From positions 196,943 to 260,942 of the forward strand of contig JALMLS010000368.1 in NCBI GenBank assembly GCA_038496445.1: DNA of 64,000 nucleotides, read 5' to 3'. Below the pieces are notes generated by a model. It saw nothing but the letters and a program-made list of their open reading frames with translations. It was not told where the DNA came from and did no database searches. The DNA is from Trichosphaerium sp. ATCC 40318. Its lineage: Eukaryota; Protista; Tubulinea. Each line of letters begins with the position of its first letter. Within the stretch, counting starts at the first letter, position 1. Below, one piece after another: positions 13,281 to 26,563 of the stretch. A program made the translations under genes and the position numbers.

Positions 13281-16200
13281 TTACATAATAACAGTGGACA
13301 CGAGTATAACGATGAATATTAACATGCCACCAAATAATGTCATGCTTTTAGTGGTGATACCATGTGACTGTTTAACAATTACACCATGGTTATCAGGAAA
13401 AGACCTAGCATCCTCATACAGCGTATTATCAAAGGAGAGTTGAGGATCGATAAAAATACGATCAACAGGAGAGTTAACACAAACCGTCAGATTATTTTCA
13501 GATCGAGTCCATTCAAGATCTATATCACGAGAAGTACCCACTACAGATCCCTTTTGCTCAAGACCGAATGATCCAAGGTACGTCGTCTGAGTCACATCTA
13601 AAATTCAACAAAAGTAAGAGAATTGAACACGTGATAAATCAATGTGAAACCAAGAGTTGTTCTTCTCTTGCAGCGTACCAAGGATAGTCAAACGAGATAT
13701 TGTATCATCCTCGCTCACTTCTTCGTCAATGATAACACCCTCACCAAGTATTTCTGAAGCGATACATAGTTTCGAAGTAGGATCAGAGTAAAGTGCAGGG
13801 TCGAATTGTACTTCCAAGAAACATTCCAAGGTATTCGCAGTGACATAATCGCCTTGAGTGTTCCCACCACTGGAAACCTGACATATAACAGATAGAACTT
13901 CATCTACCGTTGTAGATGAGAATGAAACGACTTTCAAACCGTTATTCTCTGTGGTCTCCCCCTCTAAACACAAGCAAGTTAACAAAAAAACAACTACTTT
14001 TTTTTTAGGGTACCTATGGCGTTCCATTCCCATTCGTTATCTACCTGCAATCTCTCGTCTTCTGGAGACAGTTCAAACACCTCTTTAACGTATAGGCACC
14101 ACTCAGGTATCCTCAAGAATGAACGGGTGATTGTAGGGCTTATACGTTCGCTTAACAATCGAGAAAAGCAAAGTAGAGCACCTGATGTCCTAACTTCCAT
14201 ATTCACCTATTTTTTGTTAAATAAATGAATTGCTTTGTACTTGATCAAGTGTTACCGTAATCTCATCTATTATTGTTTCGTTCACTGATTTCAAGCTATA
14301 TTTACGGCTTGTTTTGGGGTTGGATGATGGTAACTGTTTCAAAGTACGAGTCTGTAAAAGAAAGAAAGAGTGAGTCCACCAACACAAAAACCAAAAAAAA
14401 TAAAATGACAAAAGGTCTTTTGTAGACATTAAAAAGTTGTAACGGCTCGTTCTACCTGTTCGATGCTACTCTCATAACATCTATTGCCTGGACCACATTG
14501 CTTCTCACTTTCCTTATGACCAATTCTTGGTACGTTTCTTCTAAACATTTCAAGTCAAACTTTTTTTTGTCTTGTTCATCAAGCATATCGTCAACACGTA
14601 CAGTGGCGCCGGCCTGCATCTATCATTGTCTTGTCTGTGAAATACAGGGCACGTGCACTTAGGACCATCCCCAGTGACTACACATTGACCAAAAGGGCAA
14701 CCGTTTGGTAGGCTATCTGCACATACATTGTTACCACAGTTTACGCCCTCTGTTGGGTTGAACCCAGCATTGCAAATGCACTGAACATTACCTACATTGG
14801 GCGTAATGTTAGATTTGTAATAAAATAGGATTTGTTATAAATTATAATAAGTTACCATCAGTATTAGTCTGCAAAGTACTGTCAGGAGGGCACTGTATAG
14901 CTGAAACTCTCAAGTCTTGCTCTTTAAAGTTACAGATATTACCCGACCACCCTGGAAGGCATACACACTCCCCATCGCTATTAAGATATTGATTAAAGTG
15001 TTTACAGGCACATTCAAGAGATTGTGTTTCAGCGTCAGATCCCGTGTCAACGATACTGTTGGAGGATGGTAGTCCTGGGAAAATGATTAAAAAAGATGGC
15101 TTGTCCTTCGTTTTTCTGCGGCGTACGTGCGCGACTGACTGCTACACAGTCTTGTGGGGACTCACATCTAGGATTGCAATCCTTTTTACGTCGTTTTTCT
15201 GCGCAAACACGCCTTCCATCTGAGCCCCTAGCGAAAAAATGAATAAATTTACAAACTAGGGTATAGGCTATCTTGTAAATGCACTTACGTTATCAATCGG
15301 TATTTGTTAACGCATTGGCAGCGCACACCCTCCTTGTGATCAAGAACACATACTGAATTAGGACCACAAAAGGTACCTAGTAACACGTGATTAAAACAGA
15401 GAAAAGCACCAAGAAAAAAAACTCCCAAAACTTTATGTAACGTACGGTTACAGGCTTCGTCACATTGTCCTGTTTCCATATTCCATGATGTACCAAAGCG
15501 CTAGATAACAAATAAATAAAGCGGTTCTGCACATTGAGCCCAAAGAAAAACGTAAAAAAAGATAAACAGAGTCACACTTACAGTGCAGGAGCAACCTGTT
15601 GTAGGATCCCATTTTTCTCCTCCTGGACACGCACAATAGATCTCTGCCGAGGGTTGTGGTGGTGCAGTAGCTGCGAGATGACATCGCGTCCCTATTGGAC
15701 ATGCTATGCGAGCACAAGCCCAAGGATCAAATACACCAAGTCTAGAAAAATAGTTGGTAAAAAACAAACTGGTTATTTCACTTACTGTGTGCAATTATTT
15801 TGCGCGTATTCCTTTGGACAAATAGAACACGGTTGTACAGCACCTGTTGATGTTTCACGGTCTTCATAGTTGCCAGGGCAACCACATGTTCCATATCTAT
15901 TTACAGTCTGCGTCATAACATTCAGGTAGAAATTACTAGAAATAGGTATGTCAAAACAAGTAAAAAACTACAGGCAATTCTCAAAGAGAGGGATGTACAG
16001 TACCTTCGGCAAACGCGATAATCAGGGCATGCCCCTTTACAAGGCATAGACTGATTAACTGGTACGTCACATATTGCACCACCCCAATTCACGTCACAGC
16101 TGCAGTAACTCGTTGTAGAGCCTGAGCTTGTTGCAGTTAAACAAATACCATGAAGGCAACCAGCTCCGTCTCCACATGTAGATTGAGTGCAACCAGGGCC

Positions 16201-18275
16201 TACAGTACCGTATAATCAGCAATGTCGAAGACTTTACTAAGAAATGAAAATCGTACCTGTATAGCCAGGTCTACATAGTGTACACTGTCCGTTTTCGTCT
16301 CTTGTGAGCTCTTTGCGGCACTCACACCTGACTTTAACTGTCCGCCAATTGAGGATGTCATGTCTATCAAAGGATACTACACATCTTGTACCAGGATCAG
16401 ATTGGCGGCATCGATCATTGCATTCCATAAGGATATTTGGCTCAACTGAGTTATCTGTCTTCATTCTAAACTCTTTATTATTAATATAGTTCTCGCATGT
16501 AGTATCATTTGAGTTCAGAGGGCTACTACACTTTGAGCATGGAAGTCCACCTTCTGGTGTCACCCTAAAAACAGATTATGATTAATTTATGAAGAAGGAG
16601 TATCACAGAGTTTGAAGATTCGTACCATCCTTCATGGCAGAAACAGAAAGGTCGGTTATCTATAGTTGTTATGCAGTTTCCATTATCTCCACATGCTACA
16701 GGACAAGCTGTAGGGGGCTTAAAAGTAGGTCAGTGAGCGCTCTAAGATTATTAATAATCCTTGAAGTAAACGCACCCTTAGCTGTGATACGCATATGCCT
16801 ATTAAACGATCACGTGTGTATGTAGGTGCACATTCAGTACAAACGCCATGGTCAGAATTGACATAACCTATTCTACAATCTCCACACAGTTGCCCTTGCC
16901 TGTTTAAAACGAAATATTAGGTTACCATAAAAGTACTTGTTGATGAGCACGTGCCTGCTGTATGGACAACTACAGCTTGCAAAGTCGCCACCCCTAAATA
17001 CGCATTCACCACCATTTGCTCTACAGGTAGGACAAGCGGTTTCTTGAGGTACGCATGATGACTCGGTTGCCTTAACATAACCTGGAGCACAATCCGAGCA
17101 AGCTTTGACATACTAGAAAATAAACGTTTAAAAAGAATACCTATGATACTGTTTTTATGACGTACTGCGACTGCAGATTTGTCGACTGGGATCACAGCTA
17201 GTGCGTGTCTCCAACCTTCGTTACAAGAGCAATTCACAAAGGTTTCGTTAAAAATATTACAGGTTCCTTGACCGCAATACTCTAGCAAAAAAAGTCAGAA
17301 AATAACGTGATGGTAATTACAATCTTGTTTGTTACCATTTCTATCGCAATTTTCAGCTGTTATCAATTTACATTTTCCATCAGAGTAAGTATAACCCTCA
17401 TCACACTCACAATCGTATGATGCAGGATCTGGAATACAGGTGGCATCTAGAGACTGACAGACTAAAAAGATACACACGTAAATAAATAAGAAAAAATTGT
17501 TTTTTTTTTTTGTGTCTATCTAACGCACGTGTACAATTAGATTGGTTGTTAGCATTTGAAGTCAGAGCGCGTTTGCATACACCTTGCTATTGAAAGAAAA
17601 AAGATAAGCATCTACCGTTACAACTCGTTATAAAAAAGGTATTTCTGAGCGCACCCCAAATACAAAGGATGACGCGCACACGTCGCATTTATCTGACGCC
17701 TCAGAGACTTCCCAACCAGGGAAGCAAATGCATTTTCGTTCGCCTTCTACTACGGCACAGTCACCATGACCACAATCTGTTGGTTCTCCATTGGTTACAC
17801 AAGGATCGTCCGCTGCTTGTGCAGTACAATTGTCTACCGAGAGATAAAAGGGTCAGAACATTTTAATGAACTTGTTTTAACGCGTTTAAAATTTTGTACT
17901 AATAAGTAGCCTCGCTATGCGGGTTCCCACGCGGTCTTAAGGAGTATAATGGGTATATAATATTGTATATAATATTGTATGTAATTAAATGAACCGTTAC
18001 CTGCTAGCTGGCGCCCTGAAATACAATCTGTGCATGTTTGTGTTGTTGTGTTCAACTTAAACGGTACAACGCATACACAGTATTTACTGTACGTGCAGCG
18101 CGAGTTTCGACCATAATCACACTCGTCTAATTACGAATTAGGAACAATTTTTAGTTGGAAGACCTAATAACGCACCACCAGGTATTCTACAGCTTTTTAT
18201 ACCACTTGCGAGAGAATTACACAATAAAAACAAGGACAGCGCTAGAAGCCTTAATAATTGCCTTGTTTCGTGCAT
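13281..18275 (-). CDS. Large secreted or membrane-anchored cysteine-rich EGF-like repeat protein
   Basis: Signal peptide MHETRQLLRLLALSLFLLCNSLA. Many Cys-rich exons (CECDEGYTYSDGKC, CSCNEGW, CRPGYTG). Hydrophobic C-terminus LFGGMLIFIVILVSTVIM*. Could be more than one gene. Confidence 0.7.
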
Positions 18276-18426
18276 TTATGCGCAATAATACGCCTAAGCT
18301 CCCTACAAATAGCTCGGCCGATTGTATCGGCCCGATAAGTCACGTAGTATGCGGCTTAAACAATAAAAAAGTTGAAAGTAGTTTGCCAGGCAAACAAACA
18401 TCGAGTTTATATGTACAGTCTGCTGT

Positions 18427-19744
18427 TTACACTTTTACAAATTGTTCCGTTTCAATGGGTACCCAAGCTTTGTAAAGTAAAAAAACGTCAGTATACAATA
18501 TCACGTGATAATAACGTGTACCTGCAGCAGGATGCATGTGCTTTGTTTGCTTATAAAATGTTGCTGTTACAACCTTTGCTGGTAGTATTTTAACGCCATC
18601 TACCTCGTCTGTATCCCAGTACCATAGAGGTCTACCGTTTTTGCCTTTTTGTAAAAAAGTTAGGGAAGGAATGGATAGTTCAAAGTCTTTAAATTGTAAT
18701 CACGTGATATAAAAAAAACGTGACACTACTGAAAAAGTACTTGTTTGCGAAGTGCGCACCTTTGGCTTTTATCTCACACAACTCGTAAAACGTGTGCGTA
18801 TGTGGAATTATTGTGTCCTCCTAAACATTTGTGGGTTAAGTTCAAGGTGAAAAATATTTTTGTTCTTGTTACCTTTACTAGTATTAATTCGCTTGTACTC
18901 ATGTCCTCAAGTGATTCTGACATACGAATAACTGTGTCAAGAAATTCCCTAATGGTAGCTCCAAACTTTATCTACATTGTTGTCAGTACGTCTGTCAACG
19001 AAATGATCATTCTGTCAACAAAAAAAAAGTTTTTCATTTTTGACGTACTGTTAGTTTATGAGTGTTGCTTACTCCTACTTTATTGAACAAGCACCAGTCC
19101 ACTATAAAATCGGCATCTAACTCAGCAAAGTTAGCTAACTTTAACAAAATCTGATTTTTTTGGCATGTCATGACACACGTGGTCATGCAAGGTTCATTAT
19201 CTTTGGCACCTACTTTGTAGTTGTCGTTGCTTCTCTAGCCATTGTAACTTTAAATGTCCTCTAGCATCCTTCTCAGCTCGTTCACGCTCCCTATCAGGAA
19301 GGAATGTAGCATCCACCGTAGGGTCCTTTGGCAAAAAGGTAAGTCAAGGAGAACAACTAAGCAACAACAATGAACCTTGCCAAGTTTCTTTTTTTTTGGT
19401 ATAAAATCGTCCTCTTCTTCTTCTTCGTCCTCTGTTGATGGTAAGCATACGTCACATAATACATATACGTACCGTCATCAGCAAATGACAGCTGTGCGCG
19501 CATTTTATCCAATTTTCTTTTTTTCAATTGACGCTTTTTCTGTGCTTCCTCTTCTCTGCGTTTGTAGGTAAATAATACGAGTCATGATGCGTGCGTACGC
19601 CCGAATATCACTCTCCGTCTTTTTGTCGGTAATAGCAACTCCAGCGAGCGCTTTTTTACGCCTATAGTCGTCTAGTGTCACCAAACCCCTTGTTTCTTTG
19701 CTAAGAAGCTCCTCGCTATTGTTTATCTTCGAAGAGAAGTTCAT
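18427..19744 (-). CDS. FAM50: XAP5/FAM50 family nuclear protein
   Basis: GLVTLDDY, LSFADD, KDPTVDATFLPDRERE, EDTIIPHTHTFYEL..KAKGKNGRPLW, AKVV..FYKQTKHMHPAAAW. Confidence 0.88.
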
Positions 19745-19921
19745 GGTGTTACTGAGTGGTGTCCGACGTTCAAATGCTTACAATTTGTTGAATTAGCAAC
19801 GCTCAAATCTTTTTTATAGTGACAGTCGCGTAAAGTCATCAAACAAACAACTCTGCACATCACACGGCATTGTGCTTGCGCGTAACGCCGTTTGACGCTT
19901 TTTTAATTCCATGTTTACGGG

Positions 19922-21136
19922 ATGTTGTCCACAACGCGCAATTCTGCGATCAAGCGCATAACAACCAGTAAATACGGTACATGCTGTACGTATTTCGTCG
20001 TGGTTACTACTGTCAACTAAATTAAGCTGTATTTGTAGTACTACGCTCTCGGACCGTGTCAACTAGCGAAAAACAGAAGGAAACAAAAAAAGAACGACCA
20101 AAACCGGTTAGAAACGTTACTTCTTACTCAAGAAACCACTGGGTGAAGTTAGAGAACCAAAAAGAGTATATAGAACGCGTTATAGGTCCTCAAATGGGTA
20201 TTAAATCATTGACAGATTGGTACAATGTCAGAACAAAAGATATACATAAACTAGGAGGAACCTCCTTCCTTACACAGTACGTTAAGTTTTTAATTGCAAA
20301 TCACGTGTTCGTAAACGAACACCAACAGTTTTTTTTTTCCCAACTTTGCGTTGACATGTTGAAGCTACTACCGAGATTCCTTCGCTGCAGCAATCATGGC
20401 GATTTATCCAGAGGTTCTATGGGATCCTGTAAAGTTCAGGCACGTTTTATGATTAAATCAAGGCATAACAAAAGGTGTCAAGGAGTGCACCAAGAGGATA
20501 TTGGAACCATGATACATTTAAACAAAAACTAGAGGAAATTGGCGTAACACTACGTGTAATGATAGTTTCTGATTGGGAAAAGATAAGAGTACATGAGGTC
20601 ATTGCTCGTGGAGGATACTACATTGTCAAGAGGTACTAACAAGACAAATCGGATACTAACATTTCACCTTCTAAATATTTTTAAAGGGCATTCAAAAGTT
20701 CTCTTACCAAAGCCCTTGAAATAATGTACCCTGATTATGATTGGTCCCAACGTTACCAAAAGAGAGCAGGTGGGTTTTGGAGCGATGATAGCCATGTACT
20801 AGATTTTCTGAAGAGTAAGTAACTGATGTCTCTTTTTTCCATTTCCACCTGTGAGGTATTTGTACCGGTTAACATGATCTTTAAGAACTTGAGAAGAAAG
20901 TACATATATCCTGCGCTGAGCAGTGGTATAAAGTATCTCACCTTCAAATACACCAGTATGGAGGCGCAGCAATACTGAACGAAAGGTACCCAAATTGTTT
21001 GGCATTGTTGTATCCAAACTATAAATGGAAGTTCTCCGGATTCAAAGAGGAATCCGTTAAGAAGAGATCTAATCAATTGTACGCATCACCCTTCGTCTAC
21101 TTTATATTTCTTATGCACTTAAAGCGCACTCAGTAA
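19922..21136 (+). CDS. Repeat protein with three ~65-aa W..DWY..GG..YP..W units, possible mitochondrial presequence
   Basis: Units: NHW..NQKEY..DWYNV..GG..AIYPE..W; GYW..DWEKI..GG..MYPDYDW; GFW..QWYKV..GG..LYPNYKW. N-terminus MLSTTRNSAIKRITTSK. 3' end uncertain. Confidence 0.65.
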
Positions 21137-21402
21137 TGCCATAACACGCTTGTTGATGTAGTATAATTCAAACAACTTTGTAAAGATAGAAACAAAATAG
21201 GAAAGCAAACATTGCTTAAAAACCAAGCCATAGGTTGAGCGTAATTATGCTGATGATAAGCGTGATGTAGCTAAATCTTAACTCTTTGCTATATTATTAC
21301 CCAAACGTGTACAATATAAAAATAGCACATTTACTAGCTAAGAAAATTGCTTAAAAGTGTTGAAGTGATCATCTTTTTCGATTGAGGTTCAACCCTTTTA
21401 AG

Positions 21403-21515
21403 AATTAACTGTTTACATCAAAATCTGCTTCATTGGAGATTGTGGTGTTGGAAAGAGTTCTTTGAGTGGTAGATTGACTGATAACGGAACCACTTACAAG
21501 GAAGATCTTGATTAT
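21403..21515 (+). pseudogene. Isolated Ras/Rab-like G1 P-loop exon (probable gene remnant)
   Basis: YIKICFIGDCGVGKSSL flanked by AG/GT. No DxxG or NKxD exon found downstream. Confidence 0.4.
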
Positions 21516-21790
21516 GTATGTTAATTACCACTTGTGACACGTGTTGTTGATAGCAGCTAGATAATGGCTCTTGTATATACCTTGAATTCTATGGGTACAC
21601 GTCATAGAAATCCGTGATTTGTATTCTACAAGCTATTGCCTCACATAGCACAGGTATAAGATGTGCTTGTTGTGCGTAGGTATAGCTACTAGTGGCATTT
21701 TAGTGACGGTGTGGAATTTGTTAGCACGTGCTCTATCTATCACAACTATTGAAGTTCGCGAATGAGTACTAGTACATTTGTTTGTTTTAT

Positions 21791-24700
21791 TTAAGTATTA
21801 AGTAAATCAATACGTTTTGCTCTGTGCCATACAAGTTCTCCATTCCTTTTAAAGTATCTTATACGATGTTGTGGAAACCAATGCGTATCGTCTATACCAA
21901 AGTCATCAAATGGCATTTCTTGAATACCAACAAATCTATCCATGTATCCGATTACAAACTCTGTTGAATCTAACGAAGGATCCCATTTTATCCTTGACAT
22001 AATGTGTTTTGAGTGCTTGAATACACCATCATCTTCCATGTCTTCTTCCTCCTCTGATTCTCCATCAGATGATTTATTATTATTATTACCCTTTGCTGCC
22101 TCTGCAGCAGCCTTGGCGGCAGCCTCTGCAGCTTTTTGTTTCTTGGCATTTTTTCGTTGTAATTTCTGCTGCTTTCGGAAATCTTTTGTGTCCTGTTTTG
22201 TAACTTGCTTGATTGCTGGCGAAGATACAACTGGCGATGGTCGCGGGTTAGGCGTGTATGTTTTAGCTTTAGGAACTTGTGCTGTTTGTTGCTTCTTAGC
22301 GATAGTACGCGCTTTTGGAGGTGAAGGACTATCCAAGCGAGCGCTTTGTTTTGAAGATTTTTGCAAGTTGTCAAGCATGTTGGCTCTAAAACAAGCATGA
22401 GGTTGAGTATAAATAACAGTTTGTACCCTTTGGTAATATTCACTTGTATTTTAAAATTTGGTTGACTTAGAGCAGTATTGAATAGTGCTTCCACTTGAGG
22501 AATGAAAGACTTAAGAGCAACACTTTTTTGGATTGTTTTGAGAAGTCCAAATGTAAGAATGCAAATGTTCTTCTTTCCATTCAAATGTATAGGCGCAGGA
22601 TGGACTAGAAAAATTAAGTTAGATTTGAGAAGCCTTCCTGGGTAAAATAGTACCAATGAGAGGCAGTTCTGTGGATAGCAATTTAACAACATTTGGTGTG
22701 ACGCTTTCGATGCTATCAATGTTGGATTGACTTATGTTATCTCCAGTCACTAAGATAGATCTGTTAGATACTATTTGATACTTTTAAGGGTCGTACTGGA
22801 TACTCTCATATATCTTGGATACATAGAAGAGAAAGGAGGTCCGTGGAATATGTTCCAATCTCCCTTCTTGACTTGTTTAAAAGTTCGTTTGACTCGATCT
22901 GAGAATACAGCAACACTGGCTTTTGTAACGTTTTCTGCCAAGTTTATGACAGGGTGACATGGGGAGCCTACGAACATTGGAAATTCCTATTGATTTATTA
23001 GTAATCAAAAACGTTAGTAGCGCGGAGGCGCACTTGGTCGGTTTGATGTTCTAGATCGTTATCTTGTGACAGATTGATTTGAGATGTCCAGTCTATCGTT
23101 GAGAAGAACTCAAAAAACCTTAGAATAACCTCCCATGTCTCAACACTATGTACACAGTCAGTTAAACGCACTGGAAAATAGGACCTGTATGACTCACCCA
23201 GAGTATTGCTGGCATATTTTGGCTACCATTACACTTAAACACAGTGTTGACGGGAAGCAAGTACCGGTCATGACATACTCTAAATTTAGTCTTAGTACAA
23301 AAAAAACCTGCTCAATCTCATACCTCTTGCCCAAAGCAGTAAACATTGTACAGCTGTTTTAAACACTTGATAGTCTGGTACAGACTTTCTTATTGTCAAG
23401 GTGTACAACCAAGTGTCATAATGTCCTCTCACGGATAATGTGTTTGATGTTTGCATCATTGCATCACATGATTCTCCAACTGTTTGTGCGTAGTACAGTC
23501 GAAAGCACATGTTGTTGAACTGTATTTCTACAAACGGGCAAAGAGTCGCTTGGTCAACCTACAACTTTGTTAATCAAGAACCATGACTAACATGAAATAT
23601 TTGTGAACCGTACGTTAACAATGGTGATGTCAGGTCGAGGTTCAAAATGTGTTGACACAGTGTTTATAAAGGACTGTGGTGAGCACTGTCCTATGACACA
23701 AATATCGTATATTTTGGATGCAAATGAGATGTCCCCTGAAGGTTCACCAGTAAAGTTAGGTTCACCATCCCATTTCATTGCATTGATTTCGCCCATCAAG
23801 AAGTTGATGCTATCCGTAACAAGTTTTACTTCTGTAAAAACGAATTAAGAAGTTGTGTTTGAAATGGAGTTGTTGTTGAAGCAGTAAAAGCTATTGTTTA
23901 TATTTCTTACCTTGAGATGTATTATCAATACCATTGGTTCTTACCAAAGCTGTAAGATCTATACCACAAGAATGTTCTTGAGTTACGACAAGCTGTTTGG
24001 ATGTTACTTTTGGTTCTCCAATGTAACTCAGTGTGCATCTGTACAAGTTTCCAATAAGATCAATGAGCACGTGGTTTTTGCGTACCTCAGTCCATTGTGA
24101 TCAGAAGCAAATGTAGTTATATTCTTCCCACTGGGTGTTGTGATAGATAAAGGATCCATACCAATCATCTGTATGTCATCACATTGCCAATGGCTTGCCC
24201 TGTTATATGTAAGAAAAAAACAAGAACAAGTAAACTCAAGTTCGTTGAAATATACCGTAGTAGTATCCTATCGAGTCTTCCAGGTTCGCCTGTTTTAGAG
24301 TTCATCTTTGCAAGCGTATTTTTACTAGGATCAAAAGTAAAACCAGGATCTTTTGGATGAACTGATTTCCAAGCATCTGTCAATCCACTCTTCTTTACCA
24401 TGAATGTATTAAACGTATCACCATCTCTAACATTGAAATCTCCCAATATAACGGCATCAGCTATAATCAAATGATCAGAACAACAACCCAACAAACTCAA
24501 AGACGAAACCACAATACCACACGGGTATGCCATTACGTCAAGGGAAAAAACAAGTACCTGACCCATGTAGTACGCGATCATACACCAGACTTAAAGTTCT
24601 TGTACGCTTTTCATCAATCACCTGGCCAACGATTAGTACCAAATACAACACTGTAAAATTGCTATTGCTATTGTTACGTACACGCCTTGCATCAGCGTCT

Positions 24701-26359
24701 TTAGTTGGGGAGTTTGATAGTAGATGAAGCACAGGCACATATAGATATCTGTTGTTGATATTGAACTGTCCAATTATAGCTGATTTGTGTGTTGTGAATG
24801 TATGATACAAAACTCTAAATAGAACACTTAGTAAACACAACATTCACAGTCTAAAAAAAAACCGCAATGACGCTACCTGAAAGGAAACTTTGAGAGTATG
24901 ACTTGACCGTAAGGGCAAATTGTGAAACCAGCTTCAAAGCAAGGAGTTAAAACGATAAAAACAAGGTTGCTTGTACCTTTGTCTGAGATGTAGTATCGTT
25001 GCTGTACCCATGGTTGTTTCAGCAACTCTTGTAAGAAAGAATGTGTCATCTCCACGAGGCCTATTATATCAGCATCGCTATCACGCAAAGTGTTCATCAG
25101 TCTGACACGCCTAAAAGTCACGTGATTGTAAGCATCAACCTGGAAATAGCGTATGTCTTAATACCTTTCTGGTGTATAGATTTTATCAGCATCGTATAGC
25201 TCAAAGAGTACATTGTATGATACTATTGTGAGTTTATTTAGACGCTGGCTTTTGTGTGTAGCAGTAGCATAGTCACACATGCCCCACGCATCATTGTTTT
25301 TGTGCGTGTATGAAGGCAGGACTCTGAAAAGCGTCTTATCTTGATCAGAACATCCTTTCTCGAGCCTCTTTTCTTCTGAATAAGCCTACTCTCAATGTTA
25401 CCAATAACTTATTATCGTGTATACGAGTACCTTACAGACGCTACCAACGCGAGAGAATATAAGATTTGTTTCTGGTTTGGCAAACCCCTAAAAAAATAGT
25501 GTCAATTTTAAACGTCGTGGAGTGCACTATCATGTTGGTAACGTACACGAAGTGGAATAGCATGACGTATTTGGAAAGGAGTATCTATCCCTCTTGAAAT
25601 TATATACACGTGCGTCAACTTCCATTTTAGTGGTTTAAAAGATGTTTCTCTGAATTTATGAAGCATCTCATTTGCGTAATCCTGAAAAAAATGTAAGTTG
25701 TTTTCTAACACTAATTCGAGCTTTTGTAGGATTTTTTTTGACTTACCTTTGCTTTTCCAAATGAAGTTACAGATAAATGGGGATTCCACTGACCTCCAGA
25801 AATTTTATCAAGGTCATCACATATCGGAAAAGTTTGAACAAGTTTATCATGTAATTTCTTTATCAATCTTCTTGACTAGCCGAGTTGTTTAAGTGAAAAC
25901 TTGTCCTTCAAGTGAAAAGTGAAAAGTAATAGTTACCTGTATAGCTGGTTTATAGTATATAGTTGAACTCTTTTCAAAGTGGAAAATGTCAAGTGAAGGA
26001 AGGTCAATGTAGAAAGGAGCAATATTTGCCAGAGCCTAAAAACCAAGTTAGAAATACAATTTAATTTGCGACACTAGCAAATGCTACTGACGCCTACAAT
26101 CGCTTGGGTTGAGTAATATTATGACATTTGGTGGCGTTTTGAGGTTTTTAAATACATTTTTAAGTAGTTGTACCTCTTTTGCTTTTTCAGCTGCAGAATC
26201 TATGTGTACATCCTCCAGAAAGGGGTACACGAGGTTCATATGTGGCATCCATCGACAAATACCTGATTTGTCATAAACTCTTCTTATCTTCTGTATATCC
26301 TCCCATGGGCCAGATACAGGTGGTATTATAACGATAGATGTTTGTACCGTCTTCTTCAT
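21791..26359 (-). CDS. Multidomain RNA end-processing protein: 2H phosphoesterase + EEP (DNase I-like) phosphatase + poly(A) polymerase-like + MJ1316 domain
   Basis: 2H: RWMPHMNLVYPF, PHLSV. EEP: YNVLF, DIIGLVE, GDFN, RLDRIL, SDHNG. PAP central: FKTAVQCLLLWAR, MVAKICQQY, FFEFFSTIDW. MJ1316: RIKWDP..FVIGYMDRF.G..E..PQHRIRYFK.NGELVW.R..RID. Confidence 0.88.
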
Positions 26360-26563
26360 TGTTGGTGATTGTAAAAATAGCCAAATATAAAAAACTGTGT
26401 TTTGAGAAAGAAGCGATAAAAAAGTGCTCCATGTTCACCGAATCGAATCATACATACCTTTAACAAGCTTAATAGAGTGTCTCACGTACTATAGAAGGTG
26501 AAAGAATAGAATTATTACTTCTGTAAGCCAGAAATTTGGCTATTTTTCAATAAGGAAACACAG

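Noticed and set aside
17953-17980. GTATATAATATT tandem duplication
   Set aside because: A two-copy intronic slippage repeat, not a CRISPR array or satellite.
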